NCBI GenBank assembly: GCA_014381485.1
Contig: JACNLN010000087.1
Location: 1-42,964, forward strand
DNA length: 42,964 nucleotides
DNA from: Fidelibacterota bacterium
GTDB taxonomy: Bacteria > Fidelibacterota > Marinisomatia > Marinisomatales > CAZVFT01
Reading direction: 5' to 3'
Under the pieces are notes generated by a model, which saw only the letters and a program-made list of their open reading frames with translations, had not been told where the DNA came from and searched no databases. Positions 1 to 6,178 of the stretch are shown here, in pieces. Position 1 is the first letter of the stretch; every line of letters begins with the position of its first letter. The position numbers were made by a program, and so were the translations under genes.

Positions 1-109
1 GGAACTTCCGACGAAAGTTTTTGTAGCGAAGATATGAAAATGTTAAATTTTTACGTATGTTTAACATAGACACAATGAATAGATGTCTTTTACACGAGTT
101 AAGGAAATT

Positions 110-180
110 TGGGGAGTCGTCTAATGGTAGGACAGCGGATTCTGGTTCCGTAAGTGAGGGTTCAACTCCTTCCTCCCCAG
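110..180 (+). tRNA. tRNA-Gln(CTG)
   Basis: Acceptor TGGGGAG/CTCCCCA, anticodon arm GCGGA-TTCTGGT-TCCGT, T-loop GGTTCAACTCC; CCA not encoded. Confidence 0.93.
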
Positions 181-185
181 CAGAT

Positions 186-255
186 GCACCCGTAGCTTCC
201 CGATCTATCAGGATATTGAGCAATTCGGTATTTTGATATCAGGAAGGTTATGAGG
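186..255 (+). pseudogene. Degenerate tRNA-Arg-like relic with a 16-nt imperfect palindrome in the D-arm position
   Basis: Starts GCACCCGTAGCT (typical tRNA-Arg 5' end), then TCCCGATCTATCAGGA (198-213), then GAGCA and ATCAGGAAGGTT remnants; no T arm or 3' acceptor strand. Confidence 0.45.
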
Positions 256-272
256 AAGATGTACAAAAGTTT

Positions 273-344
273 GCCCAGTTAGTTCAATGGATAGAACACG
301 TGGCTACGGACCATGAGATAGGGGTTCGAATCCTCTACTGGGTA
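273..344 (+). tRNA. tRNA-Arg(ACG)
   Basis: Acceptor GCCCAGT/ACTGGGT, D stem GTTC/GAAC, anticodon arm CGTGG-CTACGGA-CCATG, T arm AGGGG-TTCGAAT-CCTCT. Confidence 0.92.
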
Positions 345-380
345 CTTGATAGATAATGCATTTGTCCAAGGGTTAGAGCG

Positions 381-396
381 TCCCGACACGTCGGGA
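381..396. repeat. REP-like 16-bp palindrome TCCCGAC-AC-GTCGGGA
   Basis: Perfect 7-bp arms; same arms at 35885-35900 and split at 1019-1029/1106-1116; preceded by the tRNA D-loop-like GGTTAGAGCG. Confidence 0.8.
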
Positions 397-427
397 TAAC
401 ATGGGCTTTTTTAACATATTGAATTAT

Positions 428-502
428 GGCGCGTTCGTCTAGGGGTTAGGACGTCGGCCTCTCAAGCCGGAAACACGGGTTCGATTCCCGTACGCGCTAC
501 CA
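428..502 (+). tRNA. tRNA-Glu(CTC)
   Basis: Acceptor GGCGCGT/ACGCGCT, anticodon arm TCGGC-CTCTCAA-GCCGG, T arm ACGGG-TTCGATT-CCCGT, encoded CCA at 500-502. Confidence 0.95.
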
Positions 503-522
503 ATGATATATGCAAAGGCCAA

Positions 523-549
523 CCTACGCTAAAGCTTCGGTAGACAGGC
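523..549. repeat. REP-like short hairpin element CCTACGCTAAAGCTTCGGTAGACAGGC
   Basis: CTAC/GTAG arms around a GCTAAAGC-TTCG core; shares AGCTTCGG with 761-792. Confidence 0.55.
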
Positions 550-587
550 AAAGGCGGAGGAGTCTTAAGGGAAAAGGGGTAACTAAT

Positions 588-630
588 GGTTTATGGGTAT
601 AAGGGTATACGGTATAAGGTATAGGGGTAG
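588..630. repeat. Imperfect tandem 7-8-mer repeat (GGTATAN), about 6 units
   Basis: GGTTTATG GGTATAAG GGTATAC GGTATAA GGTATAG GGGTAG. Confidence 0.75.
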
Positions 631-742
631 CTAGTCCACGGATTTCACCCTTAAGGGTTTTAAAAAGTGACAGATTTATCAACATGCTTCCCTACTTTCT
701 TTAAAAGGCTAAAGCCTAAACTCCGTTATAAATCCCGAAAGG

Positions 743-814
743 GTCACTAACGAAGGCACGGCTCCCCTGTGCAAGAGCTTCGGGGAGCAAGCGCCCCATT
801 CAAGGATCAGTGAC
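743..814. repeat. Nested stem-loop containing a second AGCTTCGG-type element
   Basis: GTCACT(743-748)/AGTGAC(809-814) outer arms; GCTCCCC(761-767)/GGGGAGC(782-788) inner arms. Confidence 0.55.
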
Positions 815-1006
815 GGTTTACTCTTATATTAAGTCTTTACTTTAGTGTAAAAAATAATTTGTTATTTAAATTTATTTTATTTAAAATTAGAGACTATATT
901 GCTTTATTAAATTTTATACACATTATGTTGATGAAAAAATATTTATTTGAAAATGGATGGTATGTCTCTATTAACAGGTGAATGTCACTGGGTGGAATTT
1001 CGTGAT

Positions 1007-1219
1007 GCCACCATAGAGTCCCGACATGCCGATATAGCTCAACTGGGAGAGCAGCTGATTTGTAATCAGCAGGTTGGGGGTTCGAGTCCCTCTATCGGCT
1101 CTGATGCATGTCGGGATAATCAGCAGGCTGAGGGTTCTTCCACAGGAACTTCCTTGATCCGCAGGATCTCTCCAAAGGAGTCCTTCGTGACCTTTGGAGG
1201 AGGAGTCTCTCCGGTGGCT
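1007..1219 (+). pseudogene. Outer relic tRNA-Thr, split by a nested intact tRNA-Thr and a 65-nt T-loop insertion
   Basis: 5' GCCACCA-TAG (1007-1016) pairs 6/7 with CGGTGGC-T (1212-1219); 1117-1137 matches intact tRNA-Thr 1063-1083 at 19/21; T stem GAGGG/CTCTC interrupted between TTC (1137) and GAGT (1203). Confidence 0.7.
1028..1100 (+). tRNA. tRNA-Thr(TGT)
   Basis: Acceptor GCCGATA/TATCGGC, anticodon arm GCTGA-TTTGTAA-TCAGC, T arm GGGGG-TTCGAGT-CCCTC. Confidence 0.95.
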
Positions 1220-1259
1220 CAATGGCCTAGAGGGATAATTTGAATCGATCTGAAAATTT

Positions 1260-1342
1260 GGGGAGGTGGCAGAGCGGTCAAATGCACCAGACTGTAAATC
1301 TGGCGGCGAAAGCCTTCGGTGGTTCAAATCCATCTCTCCCCA
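1260..1342 (+). tRNA. tRNA-Tyr(GTA)
   Basis: Acceptor GGGGAGG/TCTCCCC, anticodon arm CCAGA-CTGTAAA-TCTGG, long variable arm GGC-GAAA-GCC, T arm GGTGG-TTCAAAT-CCATC. Confidence 0.95.
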
Positions 1343-1468
1343 CACAATAATGGAAAAATATAGATATTCTTCTAAGGTTCATGTCTGTTATGATAACAAC
1401 TGTATGGGTGTAACTTCATGAATGGAATAGGGAATAGAACGTCAGTTTTCTCCGCATATCAAGAAAAT

Positions 1469-1541
1469 GCGGTGGTAGCTCAGTTGGTAGAGCATCAGCC
1501 TTCCAAGCTGAGGGTCGCGAGTTCGAACCTCGTCCGCCGCT
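1469..1541 (+). tRNA. tRNA-Gly(TCC)
   Basis: Acceptor GCGGTGG/CCGCCGC, anticodon arm TCAGC-CTTCCAA-GCTGA, T arm GCGAG-TTCGAAC-CTCGT. Confidence 0.95.
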
Positions 1542-1564
1542 CACAATGGAAATCACCGGGCAGT

Positions 1565-1612
1565 CAAGCTGAGGGTCGAGAGTTCCCTGTCAGATAGACA
1601 GGTTACTTGCTC
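1565..1612 (+). pseudogene. Partial duplicate of the tRNA-Gly 3' half with a palindrome after the T-loop TTC
   Basis: 1565-1585 matches 1504-1524 at 20/21, followed directly by CCTGTC-AGATA-GACAGG (1586-1602). Confidence 0.7.
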
Positions 1613-1645
1613 GAATATTTTTATATCAGGCACATTAATTCTTGT

Positions 1646-1718
1646 GCCTACGTAGCTCAGTCGGTAGAGCACGTCCTTGGTAAGGACGGGGTCACCGGTT
1701 CAAGTCCGGTCGTAGGCT
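1646..1718 (+). tRNA. tRNA-Thr(GGT)
   Basis: Acceptor GCCTACG/CGTAGGC, anticodon arm GTCCT-TGGTAAG-GAC region with GGT, T arm ACCGG-TTCAAGT-CCGGT; canonical Thr-Tyr-Gly-Thr-tuf order. Confidence 0.95.
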
Positions 1719-1738
1719 CAATTAACTGATATTAATTA

Positions 1739-2963
1739 GGAGGAACAGCACAATGGCAAAGGAGAAATTTTCGAGGACGAAGCCTCACTTAAATATAGGG
1801 ACGATAGGTCATGTAGATCATGGGAAGACGACATTGACGGCAGCGATGACGTTATATTTAAGCAAGCGTGGTTTAGCAGAGGCTCGGACGTTTGATAGTA
1901 TTGATAGTGCTCCTGAGGAGCGGGAGCGAGGATTAACGATACAGACGGCACATGTGGAGTATGAGACGGATAATCGTCATTATGCACACATAGATTGTCC
2001 GGGACATGCAGATTACATCAAGAATATGATAACGGGAGCGGCACAGATGGATGGATCTGTATTGGTAGTATCGGCGGCAGATGGTCCAATGCCCCAGACA
2101 CGTGAGCATGTATTATTAGCACGTCAGGTAAATGTTCCGGCTATTGTGGTATTTATGAACAAGACGGATCAGGTAGATGATCCGGAGTTACTGGAGTTAG
2201 TGGAGTTGGAGTTGCGTGAGTTATTGGATGAGTACAATTTTCCTGGTGATGAGATACCGATAATACAGGGTAGTGCGTTGGAGGCGTTGAGCAATCCAGA
2301 GGATGAGGAGTTGACTCGGTGTATAGTGGAGTTATTGGATGCGATAGACAGTTACATACCGGAGCCGGAGCGAGATATAGACAGGCCATTTTTGATGCCT
2401 GTGGAGGATGTATTCAGTATTACGGGACGAGGTACGGTAGGTACAGGAAGGATAGAGCGTGGGATAATAAAGGTAGGTGATTCGGTAGAGATAGTGGGAT
2501 TAGGAGAGACGAGTAAGACGGTAGTGACGGGAGTAGAGATGTTTCGTAAGATATTGGATGAGGGTCAGGCTGGAGATAATGCTGGTTTATTGTTGAGGGG
2601 AGTGGATAAGGATGATTTAAAGCGAGGTCAGGTTATATCGGCGGTAGGAAGTATCACGCCCCACACGAAGTTTGAGGCGAAGGTATATGTATTGAAGAAG
2701 GAGGAGGGAGGTCGTCACACGCCCTTTTTTGAGGGATATCGGCCTCAGTTTTATTTTCGAACGACAGATGTGACGGGCGTGGTGAGTTTGCCTGAGGGAG
2801 TAGAGATGGTGATGCCAGGAGATAATGTAAACGTTAAAGTGGAGTTGATAACACCGATAGCGATGGAGAAGGAGTTGAGGTTTGCGATTCGTGAGGGTGG
2901 TCACACCGTTGGAGCTGGAGTCGTGACGGATATTCTTGAGTAAGGAGAATCAAATTGGCTGGA
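1739..2963 (+). repeat. 1225-bp direct repeat, copy 1 (tuf plus flanks); copy 2 at 17240-18464
   Basis: Identical translations; identity visibly includes 14 nt upstream and 20 nt downstream of the CDS. Confidence 0.9.
1753..2943 (+). CDS. tuf: Elongation factor Tu (copy 1)
   Basis: [21 protein letters not shown] motifs; 396 aa; RBS GGAGG. Confidence 0.99.
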   Translation: MAKEKFSRTKPHLNIGTIGHVDHGKTTLTAAMTLYLSKRGLAEARTFDSIDSAPEERERGLTIQTAHVEYETDNRHYAHIDCPGHADYIKNMITGAAQMDGSVLVVSAADGPMPQTREHVLLARQVNVPAIVVFMNKTDQVDDPELLELVELELRELLDEYNFPGDEIPIIQGSALEALSNPEDEELTRCIVELLDAIDSYIPEPERDIDRPFLMPVEDVFSITGRGTVGTGRIERGIIKVGDSVEIVGLGETSKTVVTGVEMFRKILDEGQAGDNAGLLLRGVDKDDLKRGQVISAVGSITPHTKFEAKVYVLKKEEGGRHTPFFEGYRPQFYFRTTDVTGVVSLPEGVEMVMPGDNVNVKVELITPIAMEKELRFAIREGGHTVGAGVVTDILE

Positions 2964-3119
2964 AGGAGTAAAAGAACAACGATAACATTGCAAAGTACTG
3001 CTGGTACAGGATATCGATATACTACCACAAAAAATAAGCAAAATCATCCTGAACGTGTGGAGTATAAAAAGTACGATCCTGTTGCCAAAAAGCATGTGAT
3101 TTTTAAGGAAACTCGGTAA
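2955..3119 (+). CDS. rpmG: 50S ribosomal protein L33 (Cys-free type; not in ORF track)
   Basis: TTG start after [60 protein letters not shown], 54 aa. Confidence 0.96.
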   Translation: MAGRSKRTTITLQSTAGTGYRYTTTKNKQNHPERVEYKKYDPVAKKHVIFKETR

Positions 3120-3197
3120 AATAGAGATTTTGGTGGTATTCAGATGAGTAATTCAATTAGTAGAAACTTGGTATCCCCGCTTTCTTTTGGAGGAATT

Positions 3198-3270
3198 AGG
3201 TGAGTAGCTCAATTGGTAGAGCCCCGGTCTCCAAAACCGGTGGTTGCGGGTTCAAGTCCTGCCTCACCTG
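3198..3270 (+). tRNA. tRNA-Trp(CCA)
   Basis: Acceptor AGGTGAG/CTCACCT, anticodon arm CCGGT-CTCCAAA-ACCGG; canonical position before secE. Confidence 0.96.
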
Positions 3271-3288
3271 CAGATCATTTTGAGATAG

Positions 3289-3480
3289 ATGTTTAAGATA
3301 TTTAAAAAAATAAGTCAGTTTTTAAGTAGTGTACAGTTTGAGTTGAAGAAAGTATCCTGGCCTAACTGGGATGAACTTAGAGGATCTACTATTGTGGTAC
3401 TTTCTCTTTCTCTTATGTTATGTATATTTCTATTCTTTATTGATCAGATTCTTTCAAGAATTGTAAATGTGATTTTATAA
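3289..3480 (+). CDS. secE: Preprotein translocase subunit SecE
   Basis: ELKKVSWP motif plus one TM helix; upstream of nusG. Confidence 0.95.
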   Translation: MFKIFKKISQFLSSVQFELKKVSWPNWDELRGSTIVVLSLSLMLCIFLFFIDQILSRIVNVIL

Positions 3481-3481
3481 T

Positions 3482-4009
3482 ATGGATTGGTATTCAGTTA
3501 GAGTTATTTCTGGTAGGGAAAAAAAGATTAGGGAAGCAGTACTTCGCGAGGCCGAACATAATAATCTAACGGATTTTATTGGGGATATACTTGTTCCTTC
3601 TGAGAATGTTATTGAGATGAGAGATGGTAAAAAAAGAGTGAAAGAAAAATTATTTTACCCGGGTTATTTACTGATAAATATGACACTTACAAATGAGACA
3701 AAATATTATATTGAAAATATCGCTGGTGTTATCAATTTTATTGGTTCCAAAGACAATCCTCACCCGTTGAGAGATGAGGAGGTAAAACGTATACTCGGCG
3801 AGGTGGAAAGTTTGGATGGTCGTGAGGTAATTGGGACTAAGTTTAAAACAGGTGATGCTATAAAAGTAATTGATGGACCTTTTATCGATTTTACTGGATT
3901 TGTTCATAATGTGAATGAAGAAAAACAGAAAGTTAAGGTGACCGTCTCAATTTTTGGGCGTCCAACTCCTGTTGAGCTAGATTATCTCCAGGTAGAAAAA
4001 GAAAAGTAA
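3482..4009 (+). CDS. nusG: Transcription termination/antitermination factor NusG
   Basis: [18 protein letters not shown] (VIDGPF), [10 protein letters not shown]. Confidence 0.98.
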   Translation: MDWYSVRVISGREKKIREAVLREAEHNNLTDFIGDILVPSENVIEMRDGKKRVKEKLFYPGYLLINMTLTNETKYYIENIAGVINFIGSKDNPHPLRDEEVKRILGEVESLDGREVIGTKFKTGDAIKVIDGPFIDFTGFVHNVNEEKQKVKVTVSIFGRPTPVELDYLQVEKEK

Positions 4010-4017
4010 GAATAACG

Positions 4018-4440
4018 ATGGCAAAAAAGATTAGAACAACACTTAAACTTCAAATACGTGCAGGTCAAGCAAATCCTGCACCACCTGTAGGTCCTGCTTT
4101 AGGTCAACACGGTGTGAATATTATGGATTTCTGTAAAACATTTAATGAGCGGACGAAGGAAAACAGAGGGACGATTATTCCTGTAGTGATCACAGTATAT
4201 CAGGATCGTTCCTTTACATTTGTAACCAAGACTCCACCTGCTGCTGTCTTGATTAAGAAAGCTGCAGGAATTAGTAAAGGTTCTGGAGAACCCAATCGAG
4301 AGAAAGTTGGGAAGATATCGGAATCGGATATTCGCTCTATTGCTGAAACGAAGATGCCAGACCTAAATGCAAATTCCGTTGAAACAGCAACAGAAATGAT
4401 TCGAGGAACAGCAAGAAGTATGGGAATTGAGGTCGAATAA
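4018..4440 (+). CDS. rplK: 50S ribosomal protein L11
   Basis: [26 protein letters not shown]. Confidence 0.99.
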   Translation: MAKKIRTTLKLQIRAGQANPAPPVGPALGQHGVNIMDFCKTFNERTKENRGTIIPVVITVYQDRSFTFVTKTPPAAVLIKKAAGISKGSGEPNREKVGKISESDIRSIAETKMPDLNANSVETATEMIRGTARSMGIEVE

Positions 4441-4455
4441 GAAACTGAATAATTT

Positions 4456-5142
4456 ATGAAGCACGGTAAAAAATATAGAACAGTATTAAATAATCTGGAT
4501 AGACATCATCTATATTCACTGGAAGATGCAGTTGCCTTTGTGAAGGAAAACGCTTCTGCTAAATTTAATGAGACTGTGGAGATATCAGTCAATCTTGGTG
4601 TGGATCCAAGGCATGCAGAGCAGAACATTAGAGTAACCACTTCATTACCTTATGGTACTGGTAAAGAGGTGAAAGTATTGGTATTGGCAAAAGGTTCGGC
4701 AGCCAAAGAGGCAAAGGATAACGGGGCTGATTTTGTTGGTGATGATGATTTTATTCAAAAGCTACAGGGTGGATGGACTGATGCGGATGTTATTATTGCC
4801 TCACCGGATATGATGCCCAAAGTAGGAAGACTTGGTAAAATTCTTGGTCCTAAAGGACTGATGCCAAATCCCAAAAGTGGGACAGTTACACCTCAGGTGG
4901 GTAATGCAGTAAAAGAGATTAAAGCGGGTCGTATTGAACTGCGGGTAGATAAATATGGAGTAATTCATGCTCCTGTTGGGAAATGTTCTTTTGAAAATGA
5001 ACAACTTATTGAAAATATAAAATCAGTGATTAGCATGCTCAGGAGACTAAAACCGTCAGTTGTGAAAGGAACATATTTAAAAAAATTAACCATTTCATCA
5101 ACGATGGGACCCGGTGTAAAGATAAACAAAACGACAGTCTAA
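4456..5142 (+). CDS. rplA: 50S ribosomal protein L1
   Basis: LGPKGLMPNPKSGTVT, ISSTMGPG. Confidence 0.99.
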   Translation: MKHGKKYRTVLNNLDRHHLYSLEDAVAFVKENASAKFNETVEISVNLGVDPRHAEQNIRVTTSLPYGTGKEVKVLVLAKGSAAKEAKDNGADFVGDDDFIQKLQGGWTDADVIIASPDMMPKVGRLGKILGPKGLMPNPKSGTVTPQVGNAVKEIKAGRIELRVDKYGVIHAPVGKCSFENEQLIENIKSVISMLRRLKPSVVKGTYLKKLTISSTMGPGVKINKTTV

Positions 5143-5152
5143 TAGGTAAACT

Positions 5153-5671
5153 ATGCCATCAGAAAATAATATTGAAGTTGTAGCTGCTATGAAAGAGAAG
5201 TTTGAGAATGCCACCGGGGTATATTTTACTGATTTTATGGGGTTAAATGTTTCTGAGGTTACCGATCTTCGAAAGAAGTTTTACAGTGAAGGGGTTGAAT
5301 ATCTTGTTGTAAAAAATACATTGGTGAAACTTGCTTCTAAAGATCTCAAGATAAAAGAGTTAGAAGATATTTTTAGAGGTCCCACAGCTATTGCATTTTC
5401 ATATCAAGATCCAACGACACCAGCCAGAGTTTTAAAAGAATTTAAGAAAGAACACGATTTACCAGAGTTAAAAGCACTTATCTTTGAAGGAGAGTTAATG
5501 GACAAATCTTTGTTTGAGAAGATTTCCAATTTGCCTTCAAGAGAAGTATTGCTGTCAAATCTGGTTGGTGGATTAAATTCACCTATGACAAAGTTTGTAA
5601 CTACGATTAGCAGTCCTATATCGAAACTGTTAAACGTATTGAGCAGCATTAAAGAAACGAAACAAACATAG
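5153..5671 (+). CDS. rplJ: 50S ribosomal protein L10
   Basis: VVKNTL, GPTAIAF, LPSREVLL; position. Confidence 0.97.
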   Translation: MPSENNIEVVAAMKEKFENATGVYFTDFMGLNVSEVTDLRKKFYSEGVEYLVVKNTLVKLASKDLKIKELEDIFRGPTAIAFSYQDPTTPARVLKEFKKEHDLPELKALIFEGELMDKSLFEKISNLPSREVLLSNLVGGLNSPMTKFVTTISSPISKLLNVLSSIKETKQT

Positions 5672-5692
5672 AGTATCAGGAGGAAACTGAAA

Positions 5693-6082
5693 ATGGCGAC
5701 TAAAGTGACACGTGATGACGTTCTTAAGTACTTGGAAAAAGCCAATATGCTTGAGATATCTGAACTTATTTCCGAGATTGAGGAGAAATTTGGAGTTACT
5801 GCTTCAGCCCCAATTGCTGTTGCAGCTGCTGGTTCCGCTACTGCTGGTGAAGCAGAAACTGCCGAGGAGAAAGTTAGCTTTGATGTCATCCTATCGGTAG
5901 TGGGAGATAAGAAGATTCAGGTGATTAAGGTGGTACGAGAAGTTACTGACCTTGGACTAAAAGAAGCTAAGGACCTTGTTGAGGGTGCACCTAAAGCAGT
6001 AAGGGAAGGTATGTTGAAGGAAGAAGCTGAAGGAATTAAGAGTAAGTTGGAAGAAGTTGGAGCGAGCGTCGAACTGAAGTAG
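5693..6082 (+). CDS. rplL: 50S ribosomal protein L7/L12
   Basis: [30 protein letters not shown]. Confidence 0.99.
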   Translation: MATKVTRDDVLKYLEKANMLEISELISEIEEKFGVTASAPIAVAAAGSATAGEAETAEEKVSFDVILSVVGDKKIQVIKVVREVTDLGLKEAKDLVEGAPKAVREGMLKEEAEGIKSKLEEVGASVELK

Positions 6083-6178
6083 GCAATGAATCAAGTCTCT
6101 TTTTCTTAATAATGGTAACTTTTTGAGTTAAGGAATGCTTTTCTCAGAATGAGATAAAATCAATTTGGAGGATCTGGT

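Noticed and set aside
830..950. Sigma70 promoter for the Thr-Tyr-Gly-Thr-tuf operon
   Set aside because: Very AT-rich and plausible, but no unambiguous -35/-10 pair can be chosen
1138..1202. Self-splicing tRNA intron
   Set aside because: Far too short for group I/II, and the host relic lacks its D arm and 5' anticodon strand
947..1345. ORFs 947-1243 (+) and 971-1345 (-)
   Set aside because: They overlap tRNA-Thr and tRNA-Tyr; translations are typical tRNA shadow ORFs
1376..1423. Weak hairpin between tRNA-Tyr and tRNA-Gly
   Set aside because: Short AT-rich arms consistent with chance
110..1718. CRISPR array or integron attC cassette interpretation of the palindromes
   Set aside because: No regularly spaced identical repeats, no cassette ORFs, no cas or integrase gene in the window
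5143..5152. L10 leader autoregulatory RNA
   Set aside because: rplA-rplJ gap is only 10 nt, leaving no room
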